Assembly: GCA_003140095.1 (NCBI GenBank)
Contig: PLIU01000491.1
Coordinates: 2,789-66,788, forward strand
DNA length: 64,000 nt
Reading direction: 5' to 3'
Origin: Verrucomicrobiales bacterium
Lineage (GTDB): Bacteria; Verrucomicrobiota; Verrucomicrobiia; Limisphaerales; Palsa-1400
The notes beneath the pieces are model-generated. The model saw only the letters and a program-made list of their open reading frames with translations. It was not told where the DNA came from and searched no databases. The translations under genes and the position numbers were made by a program. Shown piece by piece: positions 1 to 10,476 of the stretch (positions within the stretch are counted from its first letter, which is position 1; the number at the start of each line of letters is the position of its first letter).

Positions 1-1
1 C

Positions 2-2182
2 GCGGCCGATGAAAAGCTCCTGCTCTGGTTTCAACAACCGGCCACGCAGCCCATGAACGAAGCCTTGGCCATTGGCAACGGCCGCATGGGCGCACTGGTG
101 TTCGGCGCGCCCGCCAAAGAACGCCTCTGCCTCAACGAGAGCAGCCTTTGGACCGGCGATGAAAACCCCGACGGCAATTACGACTCCATGGGCGCTTATC
201 AGGTCCTTGGCAACGTCTTCATCAACCTGCCCGGCCACGAATCCGCCTACCCTTATCGCCGCGAGCTCGACCTCGGCCAGGCGCTGACGCACGTGCATTA
301 TGAATGCAACGGCGTGCCATTTGAGCGCGAATTTTTTTGCAGCCATCCGGCCGGGGTGCTCGCCGCCCGCTTCACCGCCGCCCAGCGCGGCCGTTACACC
401 GGCGGCATCGAGATGAATGATTCGCACAACGCCAAAACCGTAGTATCCGGCAACCGCATGACCGTGGCCGGCAAACTGGACAACGGTTTGAAATACGAAT
501 GGCAGATCGTGGTGTTGCACGACGGCGGCACAGTGGCCGCCGCCAACGGCCCCGCCCTCGATTTCAAGGATTGCGACAGTCTCACGCTGTTGCTCGCCTC
601 CGGCACGGATTACGTCATGGACAGCGCGAAACATTTCCGCGGCGAAGACCCTCATGCGCGCCTGACTGCGCGATTGGACGCCGCCGCGCAGAAGAATTAT
701 CGCGACTTGAAGGCGGAACATGTGCAAGACTTCCAGGCCTTGTTCAATCGCGTCTCGCTGAACCTCGGAGAATCCTCCCCGGCCCAGCGCGCCTTGCCGA
801 CGGACCAACGCAAGCTCAAGGCCTTCCAGACCGTCGATCCCGAACTGGAGCAACTGCTCTTCCAGTTTGGCCGTTACCTGCTCATCTCGTGTTCGCGCCC
901 TGGCGGCTTGCCAGCCAATTTGCAGGGCCTGTGGAACGACAACAACGATCCGCCCTGGCACAGCGATTACCACGCGAACATCAACATCCAAATGAATTAC
1001 TGGCCCGCCGAGGTGGCCAACCTCGCCGAATGTCACCTGCCGTTCTTCGATTTGGTGCAAAGCCAGCTTCCCGCCTGGCGCAAAGCCACGGCTTTGGCGC
1101 CGGAATTTAAAACGCCCTCTGGTGAAATGACCCGGCGCGGTTTCGCCATCCGCACTTCGCATAACATTTTCGGCGGCATGGGCTGGAAATGGGACAAGAC
1201 GGCCAACGCCTGGTATGGCCAGCATTTCTGGGAGCATTACGCCTTTGGTCTTGACGCCGATTATCTGCGCGCCAACGCCTACCCGGTTTTAAAAGAGACA
1301 TGCGAGTTTTGGGAGGATCATTTGAAGACGCTGCCCGACGGCCGACTGGTCGTGCCCAACGGTTGGTCACCCGAACACGGCCCGGACGAAGACGGCGTCA
1401 GCTACAACCAGGAAATCGTCTGGGATTTATTCAACAACTACGTCCAAGCCTGCGATGCGCTGGGCCTGGACAAGGATTACCGCGACAAAGTGGCCGCGAT
1501 GCGCGACAAACTGGCCACGCCCGGCGTCGGAAGCTGGGGCCAATTGCTGGAATGGTTGACAGAAAGAAAAGGCCCCCGCGCCGATCCCGGCAGTCCCGAG
1601 CTGGACACGCCCAACGATCACCACCGCCACACTTCGCATTTATTCGCCGTTTATCCCGGCCGCCAGATCAGCGCGCGCCTCGCTCCCGCCCTGGCTGCGG
1701 CGGCCAAAGTTTCCCTCGATGCGCGCGGCATCAACCCTGGCAGCGACGTGCGCGAATGGTCGTTTGCCTGGCGCACCGCCCTCTACGCGCGTCTGCAAGA
1801 CGGCGACGACGCGCATCGGATGCTCCAGCAACTCTTTTCCGCCCGCAACACCTGTCCCAATCTTTTCGGCCTGCATCCGCCGATGCAAATGGACGGCAAC
1901 TTCGGCGTGACCGCCGGTATGGCCGAGATGCTGGTGCAAAGCCAGGCCGGAGAAATCCAACTGCTGCCCGCCCTCCCTTCCTGTTGGCCCGCCGGCAGCG
2001 TCAAGGGCTTGCGCGCCCGCGGCGGCTTCGGGGTGGACATAGCCTGGGCGGACGGCAAGCTGGCGCGCGCGTCGATTCGCAGTCTAAAAGGCCTCCCCTG
2101 CCAGGTCCGTTACGGCGACAAGTTGGTTGATATAAAAATCCCCGCCGGCCAAACCCGCGCATTAAACGCCCAACTTAAATAA
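2..2182 (+). CDS. Glycoside hydrolase family 95-like (alpha-L-fucosidase type), 5' end cut by window edge
   Basis: ORF 53..2182 stays open in the same frame to the window start (..LLWFQQPATQPMNEALAIGNGRMGALVFG, typical GH95 N-terminus). Family-typical motifs LQGLWN, HANINIQMNYWPAE, MQMDGNFG. Confidence 0.85.
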   Translation, partial: AADEKLLLWFQQPATQPMNEALAIGNGRMGALVFGAPAKERLCLNESSLWTGDENPDGNYDSMGAYQVLGNVFINLPGHESAYPYRRELDLGQALTHVHYECNGVPFEREFFCSHPAGVLAARFTAAQRGRYTGGIEMNDSHNAKTVVSGNRMTVAGKLDNGLKYEWQIVVLHDGGTVAAANGPALDFKDCDSLTLLLASGTDYVMDSAKHFRGEDPHARLTARLDAAAQKNYRDLKAEHVQDFQALFNRVSLNLGESSPAQRALPTDQRKLKAFQTVDPELEQLLFQFGRYLLISCSRPGGLPANLQGLWNDNNDPPWHSDYHANINIQMNYWPAEVANLAECHLPFFDLVQSQLPAWRKATALAPEFKTPSGEMTRRGFAIRTSHNIFGGMGWKWDKTANAWYGQHFWEHYAFGLDADYLRANAYPVLKETCEFWEDHLKTLPDGRLVVPNGWSPEHGPDEDGVSYNQEIVWDLFNNYVQACDALGLDKDYRDKVAAMRDKLATPGVGSWGQLLEWLTERKGPRADPGSPELDTPNDHHRHTSHLFAVYPGRQISARLAPALAAAAKVSLDARGINPGSDVREWSFAWRTALYARLQDGDDAHRMLQQLFSARNTCPNLFGLHPPMQMDGNFGVTAGMAEMLVQSQAGEIQLLPALPSCWPAGSVKGLRARGGFGVDIAWADGKLARASIRSLKGLPCQVRYGDKLVDIKIPAGQTRALNAQLK

Positions 2183-2451
2183 ATTCACCCGTAAAGCGGC
2201 GCCGTGGCGCGAAATCGGGTGGACGAGATAAAAGTGGGTCTGGCAAGAATTGGGTGGCTCGAGGGGGGCTTTGTCCCGAAGGGGCAGCGGAACCGAGCTA
2301 TAGCCGAGGTTTTTGGCAATGTAGTAGGCAGACTAGAATGAGTGCGCAAAAAACAACACGAATCCGCAAGACCCACTCTTACAGTATCTCATCCACCCCG
2401 CCCCATCCACCGGTTTGACAGTCAGGCCCGCTCTCCGTACGTTGTTCGTCT

Positions 2452-4524
2452 ATGTTCGAGTTGTCCTCTTCTTATCAGCCGGCCGGCGATCAGCCCCAGG
2501 CGATCGTCCGGCTCACCGATGGGGTGTTGGCCGGCGCGCAACACCAAACGCTCGTCGGCGTCACCGGCTCGGGGAAAACTTTCACGGTGGCCAATGTCAT
2601 CCAAAACGTCCATAAACCGACGCTCGTCATCTCCCATAATAAAACGCTCGCGGCCCAGCTTTACGCGGAGTTCAAGAGCTTCTTCCCTCGCAACGCCGTC
2701 GAGTATTTCGTCAGTTACTTCGATTATTACCAGCCGGAGGCCTACATTCCGCGCACCGATACGTTCATCGAAAAAGATTCCAGCATCAACGAGGAGATCG
2801 AACGGCTGCGGCTCTCCACCATGAGCTCGCTCCTGACGCGCCGGGACGTAATTGTCGTCGCCAGCGTCTCCTGCATTTACGGCATCGGCAGCAAGGATAA
2901 TTACGAGGCGCTGGTGCAGCAGGTCTTCGTCGGCCAGTCGGTCACGCGCGACCAGTTGCTGGGGCGCCTGGTGGATTTACAATACTCGCGCAACGATGTC
3001 GCCTTCGAGCGCGGACAATTCCGCGTGCGCGGTGACGTGGTCGAATTGCGGCCCTCCTGGAGCGAGGACGGGCTGCGCATCGAGTTTTTCGGCGACGAGA
3101 TCGAGCGGCTCTCCCGCTTCGAGCCGCTGACGGGGGAGAAAACAGAAAGTCCGCAATCCATCGTCATTTTCCCGGCCAAACAATTCGTCACGCCGGAGCC
3201 GATGATCAAGCGGGCGATCCTGGCCATTCGCGAGGAATTGGGCGAGCGCATCGCCTGGTTTGAGGCGCGCGGCAAATTGATCGAGGCGCAACGGATCAAG
3301 ATGCGCACGGAATACGACCTGGAGATGATGGAGGAAATGGGCTTTTGTTCCGGCATCGAAAATTATTCACGCTACCTGGCCGGCCGCCCGCCGGGTTCCC
3401 GGCCCGGCACGCTGCTGGATTTTTTCCCTAAGGACTATCTGTTGGTGATCGATGAATCGCACGCCTCGGTGCCGCAGATTGGCGGGATGCACGCGGGCGA
3501 CCATTCGCGCAAGTCGGTGTTGGTCGAGCACGGCTTCCGGCTGCCCAGCGCGTTGGACAACCGGCCGCTGGATTTCCTGGAATTTCAATCGATGCAGAAT
3601 CAAACCATTTATCTCAGCGCCACTCCGCAGGAGCGGGAATTGAACTGGTCGCAAGGCCGCATCGTCGAGCAGATCGTCCGCCCCACCGGACTGGTGGACC
3701 CAAAGGTCGTTGTCAAACCCTTGACCGGGCAGATCGACGACCTCCTGGAGGAGATTCGCAAACGTTCCGCCAGCAAGGAGCGCACGCTCGTCACGACGCT
3801 GACCAAGAAATCGGCGGAGGAACTGACCGATTACCTGCGCGAGCTGGGCGTCAACGTGCGCTACCTGCACAGTGAGATCGACGCCATCGAGCGTGTCGAA
3901 GTGTTGCGCGCGTTGCGCAAAGGCGATTTCGACGTGCTGGTGGGCATCAATTTGCTGCGCGAAGGACTGGACCTGCCGGAAGTGTCGCTGGTGGCGATTC
4001 TGGACGCTGACAAGGAAGGCTATCTGCGCAGCGCGACCAGCCTGATTCAAACGGCGGGCCGCGCCGCGCGCCACATCAACGGCGAAGTTATTCTTTACGC
4101 CGACGTGAGGACGCGCAGCATCGAGAAATTTCTGGCCGTATCGGAATATCGCCGCCAGCGGCAACTGGCCTACAATCAGGAGCACCACATCACCCCGCGC
4201 AGCGTGGTCCGGGCGGTGGAGGACAGCCTGGCGGTGTATCAGAACACGCGCGGCCGGGCGGACCTGGTCTTGCGCGAGACCGCCGGAGATTTCGACTTGA
4301 CCGAAACGCTGCGCAGCCTGCAAGAAGAGATGCTCGAAGCCTCCAACAACCTGGAATTCGAGAAAGCCGCCCTCCTGCGCGACCAGATCCGGGAATTGAA
4401 GAGCAGCTTCGGCGAGCGTGGGGAAAAGGACAAAGCTCCGGCCGGCGAAGTCAATTACAAAAAACCGGCCCGGCGCGGAAAACAACGTGCCAAGGCAGGG
4501 CAGGGCAATTCGTACAACAAGTGA
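2452..4524 (+). CDS. uvrB: Excinuclease ABC subunit B
   Basis: 690 aa. Walker A GVTGSGKTF, helicase motifs, C-terminal UVR domain (LEFEKAALLRDQIRELK). Full-length collinear UvrB-like sequence. Confidence 0.97.
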   Translation: MFELSSSYQPAGDQPQAIVRLTDGVLAGAQHQTLVGVTGSGKTFTVANVIQNVHKPTLVISHNKTLAAQLYAEFKSFFPRNAVEYFVSYFDYYQPEAYIPRTDTFIEKDSSINEEIERLRLSTMSSLLTRRDVIVVASVSCIYGIGSKDNYEALVQQVFVGQSVTRDQLLGRLVDLQYSRNDVAFERGQFRVRGDVVELRPSWSEDGLRIEFFGDEIERLSRFEPLTGEKTESPQSIVIFPAKQFVTPEPMIKRAILAIREELGERIAWFEARGKLIEAQRIKMRTEYDLEMMEEMGFCSGIENYSRYLAGRPPGSRPGTLLDFFPKDYLLVIDESHASVPQIGGMHAGDHSRKSVLVEHGFRLPSALDNRPLDFLEFQSMQNQTIYLSATPQERELNWSQGRIVEQIVRPTGLVDPKVVVKPLTGQIDDLLEEIRKRSASKERTLVTTLTKKSAEELTDYLRELGVNVRYLHSEIDAIERVEVLRALRKGDFDVLVGINLLREGLDLPEVSLVAILDADKEGYLRSATSLIQTAGRAARHINGEVILYADVRTRSIEKFLAVSEYRRQRQLAYNQEHHITPRSVVRAVEDSLAVYQNTRGRADLVLRETAGDFDLTETLRSLQEEMLEASNNLEFEKAALLRDQIRELKSSFGERGEKDKAPAGEVNYKKPARRGKQRAKAGQGNSYNK

Positions 4525-4544
4525 GCAGCATAATACTTGTTGTA
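4513..4544 (+). terminator. Hairpin spanning the uvrB stop codon (possible terminator)
   Basis: Perfect 10-bp inverted repeat tacaacaagt / acttgttgta with a 12-nt loop. No U-tract follows, so the terminator role is uncertain. Confidence 0.3.
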
Positions 4545-4632
4545 AAGGCATTTAATCTGCGTTAGTGTGCTGGGCAAGTGACCCAGGCGAGACCGTTTGG
4601 TGGTGCTTGCATGCTTAATTCTTTGAGAACCT

Positions 4633-7035
4633 ATGCCAAGAACCAGCGATCTGCCCTTGCAGACTTCTGCCGTCCATCCTGGCTGCTTTGTCCGATTTCG
4701 CGGCAGTGTGTTCCTTGCGTTGGCGTGGCTGACCTTGAGCGCCGTGCAGGCGCAAACCACCGCTTATGCGTTGGGCACAACCGCGCTCCTGGTGGGATCG
4801 GCTGCGGGAAGTAACAGTGTGGTCCTCGGAGTGACGCCCGCCATAGGCGGCTGGACAGCCACGACGAATGCCACTTGGTTGCGTCTCACGGCAGCGAATC
4901 AAAGCGGCACGGGCAGCACGATTGTTGTATTCAGTTTCGATGCCAATGCGGGCGCGACGCGCAACGGCGCCCTCACCATCGGCGACCAGACGCTCACCGT
5001 CACCCAGGCCGGTTCAACGTATGTCGCGGCTGGACCACTAAGCACATTGGTGTCCGAGGGATTGACTTATCCTTACGGCGTTGCGGTGGACGGCGCGGGC
5101 AATGTTTATATTGCCGACACTGGCAACAACGCCATCAAGCAGTGGACGCCGGCCAACAACACCATGACCATACTGGTTTCCTCGAATTTGTCCAATCCCC
5201 TTGGCGTGGCGGTGGACGGCTCGGGCAATGTCTATATCGCCGACAGTTGGAACGACGAGGTCAAAGAAGTGACGCACGCCTTCGTGGACCCGACCCCGAG
5301 GCTGGAGAAAGGGAACGCCGGCAGCGATTCTTTACCCGTGGTATTGCCTGCCACTCAGAACCTGTTCCCGCCGTTTGCTCCCACCAGCGACCAGCCGTGG
5401 CTGACCATCACCGGCATCACCAACGGCGTGGTCAGTTTTGCCTTTACCGCCACAACTTCCAACCGCGCCGGCAATATCACCGTGCTGGGGCAAACCATTC
5501 CCGTCGTACAAGGCGGCCCTGTTTGTTCCCTCGGCACAACCGCGCTCCTGGAAGGACCGGCTGCCGGAATCGATGGAATCGTGCTGGCGATGATCCCGGT
5601 CACGGGCGCCTGGACAGCCACGGCGAACGCCACCTGGTTGCATCTCAGCGTGGCCAATCAAAGCGGCAACGGTAGCACAAATCTTGTCTTCTCTTACGAC
5701 GCCAATCCGGGTGCAACGCGCTCCGGCACTCTCACCATCGGCGACCAGTCCCTCGCCGTCACCCAGGCCGGTTCAACTTATGTCGCGGTTGGACAGGTGG
5801 CTGCGCTGGCATCGGGATTGCCTGGTCCCGTTGCCGTGGCAGTGGACGGCGTGGGCAATGCTTACATCGCCGACCTCGGCAACTCGATCCAGGAGTGGAC
5901 GGTGGCCAACGGCAATGTGACCACACTGACAGAGCCGGCCCATCCCATTGGCGTGGCGGTGGACGGGGCGGGCAATGTTTACATCGCTGGCCCCGAGCAA
6001 AACGAGATCGAACTGTGGACAGCGGCCAACACCAACCTGACCACACTGGTGACGGGCCTGAACAAGCCGTACGGCGTGGCGGTGGACAACACGGGCAACG
6101 TCTTTATCGCCGACACCGGCAACAATGCGATCAAGAAGTGGACGGCGGCCAACAGCAACCTGACCACAGTGGTTTCCTCGGGCCTGAATTCCCCAGAAGC
6201 CTTGGCGGTGGACGCCGCAGGCAATGTTTACATCGCTGACACTGGCGACAACGCGATCAAGGAGTGGACGGCAGTCAACAACGCCGTTACTACGCTGGTA
6301 TCTTCGGTCTTTTACACACCCATCGGCGTAGCGGTGGACGGTTCGGGCAATGTCTATTTCGCCGATGACGCCTACAACGGGATCAATCAGTGGACGAATA
6401 GCATATATCAGTGGACGATGGCCAACGGTAACGTGACCACAGTAGCGTCCTCTTCCTTGGTATCGTACGATTTCCTAGGCGTGGCGGTGGATGGCGCACG
6501 CAATGTTTACATCGCCGACGACCTCACCGGAGTCATTGAAGAACTGCCGCACGCCTTCGTGGACCCGACGCCCAAGTTGGAAGGTCTGGCCGCCGGCACC
6601 GATGTCTTGCCAGTGGTGTTGCCCGCCACGGAGAATTTGCTGGCTCCGTTTGCTCCCACCAGTGATCAGTCGTGGCTGACGATCACCGGTGTTACTAACG
6701 GCGTGGTGAGTTTCTCCTTTACCACCAATGCTGGACCGGCACGCACGGCCAATATCACCTTGCTTGGCCAAACGGTCGCCATCACGCAGGGAACGATCGG
6801 CACGCCGCCGATGCTGAACGGTGCGCAAATGCTGGGCAACGGGGTCTTGCAGTTTGCCTTCAGCAACACTCCAAACGGTTCCTTTACCGTGCTGTGCACG
6901 ACCAACCTATCGTTGCCGTGGAGCAACTGGACTGTGGTCGGCGCGCCTTCGAATATGGCTTCCGGCCTTTTCCAATTCACCTCGCAGCCGACGACGAATG
7001 ATCCCCAACTCTTCTACGGCGTCCGCTCTCCGTAG
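4633..7035 (+). CDS. Secreted repeat protein: two BACON-like/NHL-blade/BACON-like modules plus a short C-terminal domain
   Basis: 800 aa. Signal peptide (..LALAWLTLSAVQAQT). Ig-like segments (GSTIVVFSFDANAGATRNGALTIGDQTLTVTQAG). 2+6 NHL-type blades (GVAVDGAGNVYIADTGNNAIKQWT). C-terminus ..LFYGVRSP. Confidence 0.75.
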   Translation: MPRTSDLPLQTSAVHPGCFVRFRGSVFLALAWLTLSAVQAQTTAYALGTTALLVGSAAGSNSVVLGVTPAIGGWTATTNATWLRLTAANQSGTGSTIVVFSFDANAGATRNGALTIGDQTLTVTQAGSTYVAAGPLSTLVSEGLTYPYGVAVDGAGNVYIADTGNNAIKQWTPANNTMTILVSSNLSNPLGVAVDGSGNVYIADSWNDEVKEVTHAFVDPTPRLEKGNAGSDSLPVVLPATQNLFPPFAPTSDQPWLTITGITNGVVSFAFTATTSNRAGNITVLGQTIPVVQGGPVCSLGTTALLEGPAAGIDGIVLAMIPVTGAWTATANATWLHLSVANQSGNGSTNLVFSYDANPGATRSGTLTIGDQSLAVTQAGSTYVAVGQVAALASGLPGPVAVAVDGVGNAYIADLGNSIQEWTVANGNVTTLTEPAHPIGVAVDGAGNVYIAGPEQNEIELWTAANTNLTTLVTGLNKPYGVAVDNTGNVFIADTGNNAIKKWTAANSNLTTVVSSGLNSPEALAVDAAGNVYIADTGDNAIKEWTAVNNAVTTLVSSVFYTPIGVAVDGSGNVYFADDAYNGINQWTNSIYQWTMANGNVTTVASSSLVSYDFLGVAVDGARNVYIADDLTGVIEELPHAFVDPTPKLEGLAAGTDVLPVVLPATENLLAPFAPTSDQSWLTITGVTNGVVSFSFTTNAGPARTANITLLGQTVAITQGTIGTPPMLNGAQMLGNGVLQFAFSNTPNGSFTVLCTTNLSLPWSNWTVVGAPSNMASGLFQFTSQPTTNDPQLFYGVRSP

Positions 7036-7042
7036 CTCACTT

Positions 7043-8296
7043 CTACGCAATATCGAGATGGAGTTCCTCATCCACGGGCAGCGTTTTTTCCTCGCGCGTG
7101 GAAAGGTTTTTGAGTTTGAGTTTTGGGCCGCCGGGCGCGGAGGCGTCCAGCTTGACGGTGTAGCGCGCCTTCAATTCCCTCGCGCGTTTGAATTGCTTGT
7201 CCGATTTGGCCGGCGTCAGCGGATATTCCACGGCGTATCCCTTCTCGCGCAAGGACTGCACCAAATTGAGCGACGCTTCCCGCAACGTTTCCTCTTCGAT
7301 CAGGCAGTAGGCATCGATCTGCGAGTCGAACGGCGGCAGCAGGCCGCGCGCCTTGAGCAGCTCGAGCAAAACCACGTCGCCCATGCCGAAACCCAGGGCC
7401 GGCAAATCCACTTTGCCGGCGGAGATGAGGTTGATCAAATTGTCGTAGCGTCCGCCTCCCGCAATGGCGCGGAAATCCCCCTTTTTGTCGAAAGCCTCGA
7501 AGACCACTCCCGTGTAGTAAGCCAGCCCGCGAATAACGTGATAATCAATTCGCACAAAATCACCCAGTCCGCGCGCCCGCAGATTCTTGACAATCGCCTC
7601 CAACTCCGCCGTCGGTTTGCCTTCCGCAATGAACCGGTTGACTTCGTCGAGCGAGAGGCCGGCGTCGGCCAGTTTGGCGCGGCTTTCCTCAGGCGACTCG
7701 CGCTCCAATTTGTCAATGGCCTGGTAAAATGGAGACTCATGCTCCGGGTTGGAGCAGCGCTGGCGGAAGAAATCCTGCCAGGCGTTGCGGCTGCTCAGGC
7801 GGACGGTGAAATCCTCCGCAGTCAAACCAAAAGCACGCAACGAGTCGATCAGCAGCGCCGCCAGTTCCGCGTCGGCAGCCGGGCCGCTTTCCCCGATGAG
7901 GTCGGCGTTGAACTGGAAATGTTCGCGCAGACGGCCCTGTTGCTGTCGCTCGTAGCGGAAAAGCTGGGGGATGGCAAACCACTTGACAGGCTTTTTGTAG
8001 CTGCGCTCGTGCGCGGCGATCATGCGCGCCAGAGTCGGGGTCATCTCGGGGCGGAGCGAGACCGGGCGTCCGCCTTTATCGACAAAATTATAAAGCTGCC
8101 CGACGATCTCCTCGCCGCTCTTGAGGGTGTATAATTCCAGCGGCTCCAGCGGCGGTCCGTCGTATTCGCGAAAGCCGTAACGCCGCGACGTCTCGCGCCA
8201 GCGGTCGAAAATGTGGCGTCGCGCTTCGGCGCTCCAGAGATCGGAGTGCGGGAGCGGTTCGGGATAAAAGTCGCGGAATCCGGGCAATCGTTCCAT
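7043..8296 (-). CDS. hisS: Histidine--tRNA ligase
   Basis: ORF 7043..8776 trimmed to the internal ATG at 8294-8296 (MERLPGFRDFYPE..). HisRS-typical RPEMTPTLARM and AGGGRYDNL. The upstream 160 codons look non-coding. Confidence 0.93.
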   Translation of the reverse strand: MERLPGFRDFYPEPLPHSDLWSAEARRHIFDRWRETSRRYGFREYDGPPLEPLELYTLKSGEEIVGQLYNFVDKGGRPVSLRPEMTPTLARMIAAHERSYKKPVKWFAIPQLFRYERQQQGRLREHFQFNADLIGESGPAADAELAALLIDSLRAFGLTAEDFTVRLSSRNAWQDFFRQRCSNPEHESPFYQAIDKLERESPEESRAKLADAGLSLDEVNRFIAEGKPTAELEAIVKNLRARGLGDFVRIDYHVIRGLAYYTGVVFEAFDKKGDFRAIAGGGRYDNLINLISAGKVDLPALGFGMGDVVLLELLKARGLLPPFDSQIDAYCLIEEETLREASLNLVQSLREKGYAVEYPLTPAKSDKQFKRARELKARYTVKLDASAPGGPKLKLKNLSTREEKTLPVDEELHLDIA

Positions 8297-8446
8297 AATA
8301 GATAGGACACAAAGGCACAACGGGCGGCAAAAGGGAAACAAATTCCGCGTCAACAAAATTGGCGCCACCCATGCCCGCGCCATTCGTGCCGTGGCTCGGG
8401 AAATAAACCTCGTCAGGCCAGGCGGGCAGCTCGTACATTTCTGGCA

Positions 8447-9403
8447 TTGTTGGAAATCCGAAATCTGCAGCTCGAGTTCCGTTCGGACCAGCAGGCTGTC
8501 CGCGCCGTCGATGGCGTCTCCTTTTCCATCGGCCCGGGCGAGACGCTGGGCTTGGTTGGCGAAAGCGGTTCGGGCAAAAGTGTCACCGCCCTGTCCATCG
8601 GACGGCTGCTGCGAACGCCGCCAGCTTTTTATGCTGGTGGAGAAATCCTGCTCAATGGGCGCGATGTCCTGAAGGCGTCGAACCGGGAGTTGCGGGAGTT
8701 GCGGGGCCGGGGAGTGAGTTACATTTTTCAGGAGCCGGGCGTCTCGCTTAATCCGGTCTTCCGCGTCGGCGCCCAAATCAAGGAATCACTCCGCTTGCAT
8801 CGCCCGCAGGCGGCAACGGAGGCGGAGGTGGTGCGTTTGTTGCAAGGAGTGGGCATTGCGGCGCCCGAGATGCGCGTGAAGAGTTATCCGCACGAAATAT
8901 CGGGCGGCATGCAGCAGCGGGTGATGATCGCCATGGCCCTGGCGGCCGAGCCGAAATTGCTCGTGGCCGACGAACCGACCACGGCGCTGGATGTGACGAT
9001 CCAGGCGCAGATTCTGGCGCTGCTCAAAGATGTGCAGCAACGGCTGGGCATGAGCTTGCTGCTCATCACTCATAATTTGGGCATTGTCGGCCAGATGGCC
9101 GACCGCGTTGCGGTCATGTATGCAGGACAAATTGTGGAAACGGCGCCGGCCCAGGAATTATTGCGCCGGCCACTGCACCCCTACACGCGGGCGCTGATGC
9201 AAGCGGCCCCCAGACTCGGCGCGGAGGGCGGCCGATTAGCCAATATTCCCGGCAGCGTGCCGCGCCCGGGAGCGATGCCCTTCGGCTGCCGTTTTCATCC
9301 GCGTTGCGCGATGGCGCGGCCGGAGTGCTCCGTGCAGCAGCCGACATTGGCCGTGGTCGAAGATGGACGGCAAGTGCGCTGTCCTTATTGGAACAGCCCA
9401 TGA
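8447..9403 (+). CDS. Oligopeptide/dipeptide-type ABC transporter ATP-binding protein (OppD/DppD-like)
   Basis: 318 aa, TTG start. Walker A GESGSGKS, signature ISGGMQQRV, Walker [14 protein letters not shown]-terminal Cys-containing Opp/Dpp extension (CRFHPRC). Confidence 0.85.
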   Translation: MLEIRNLQLEFRSDQQAVRAVDGVSFSIGPGETLGLVGESGSGKSVTALSIGRLLRTPPAFYAGGEILLNGRDVLKASNRELRELRGRGVSYIFQEPGVSLNPVFRVGAQIKESLRLHRPQAATEAEVVRLLQGVGIAAPEMRVKSYPHEISGGMQQRVMIAMALAAEPKLLVADEPTTALDVTIQAQILALLKDVQQRLGMSLLLITHNLGIVGQMADRVAVMYAGQIVETAPAQELLRRPLHPYTRALMQAAPRLGAEGGRLANIPGSVPRPGAMPFGCRFHPRCAMARPECSVQQPTLAVVEDGRQVRCPYWNSP

Positions 9404-10398
9404 GCGCGGCTTCACCATTGCTGGAGGTGCGGGATGTGAAGGTTTATTTTCCTGTCAAGCATGGCATTTTCGGCGCGGTGCGGCGATGGGTCAAGGCCGT
9501 CGATGGCGTGAGCTTCGAGCTAGCGGCGGGCGAGACGCTGGGGCTGGTCGGCGAAAGCGGCTGCGGCAAGACCACGCTTGGACGCGCGCTGGCGCGGTTG
9601 GTCCCACTGACCGAAGGGAGCATCCGGCTGGAGGGCGAGGACATGGCGCAATGGACCGGCGCCCAATTGCGCGCGCGGCGGCGGAAATGGCAGATGATTT
9701 TCCAGGACCCCTACAACTCGCTCGATCCGCGCATGACCGTCGGCCACATCATTGGCGAGGCGTTGGAAATTCACCATCTGGCCTCTGACGCGCGGGAGCG
9801 GCAGGCCCGTGTTCGGCAATTGCTCGAATCCGTCGGCCTGGACGGCGCGTACGCGGCGTTTTATCCCCACGAATTCAGCGGCGGCCAACGGCAGCGCATT
9901 GGTATCGCCCGCGCGCTGGCGGTGGACCCGAAGCTGATTATCTGCGACGAACCGGTCAGCGCGCTGGATGTCTCAGTGCAGGCGCAGATCATCAACCTCC
10001 TGCAAGACCTGCAGCAGGAGCGCGGGGTGGCGTATCTTTTTGTGGCGCACGATCTGGCCGTGGTCGAACGGATCAGCCGGCGGGTGATGGTCATGTACCT
10101 TGGCAAAGTGGTGGAATTGGGCCAGGCGGCCGCAGTCGTGCGGACACCCCGGCATCCCTATACCCAGGCCCTGATCTCAGCGGTGCCGGAGATCGACGAC
10201 CAGTCGCAACGGCCGCGCATCGTTTTATCGGGCGAGTTGCCCTCTCCCATCGATCCGCCCTCCGGCTGTCCCTTTCATCCGCGATGTCCTGTCGCCGAAG
10301 CGCGATGCAAACTCGAAGTGCCGCTATTGCGGGAAATAGTCCCAGGCCATTGGGCGGCCTGCCACTTGGCGGGGCCGGCTAGCCGCGCCGAAGCGTAG
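9400..10398 (+). CDS. Oligopeptide/dipeptide-type ABC transporter ATP-binding protein (OppF/DppF-like)
   Basis: Trimmed to ATG 9400 ([17 protein letters not shown]), overlapping the upstream stop (ATGA). Walker [36 protein letters not shown] tail. Confidence 0.85.
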   Translation: MSAASPLLEVRDVKVYFPVKHGIFGAVRRWVKAVDGVSFELAAGETLGLVGESGCGKTTLGRALARLVPLTEGSIRLEGEDMAQWTGAQLRARRRKWQMIFQDPYNSLDPRMTVGHIIGEALEIHHLASDARERQARVRQLLESVGLDGAYAAFYPHEFSGGQRQRIGIARALAVDPKLIICDEPVSALDVSVQAQIINLLQDLQQERGVAYLFVAHDLAVVERISRRVMVMYLGKVVELGQAAAVVRTPRHPYTQALISAVPEIDDQSQRPRIVLSGELPSPIDPPSGCPFHPRCPVAEARCKLEVPLLREIVPGHWAACHLAGPASRAEA

Positions 10399-10476
10399 CA
10401 CATGAGAGGGTGTACGAAACTGCGCCGAGCTTGTTGAAATGTCAAATTGAGACGGGCACTTGCCTAAAATCTCCTT

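Noticed and set aside
3367-4551. 394-aa minus-strand ORF across uvrB
   Set aside because: It is antisense to an unambiguous uvrB. The sequence is Arg/Ala/Gly-rich and low-complexity, typical of high-GC shadow frames.
6821-8134. 437-aa plus-strand ORF overlapping the hisS region
   Set aside because: It is antisense to hisS and its translation is not protein-like. It is a shadow ORF.
8297-8776. 160-codon N-terminal extension of the hisS ORF
   Set aside because: HisRS homology starts exactly at the internal ATG (MERLPGFRDFY). The extension would run through the divergent promoter region and into the ABC ATPase gene.
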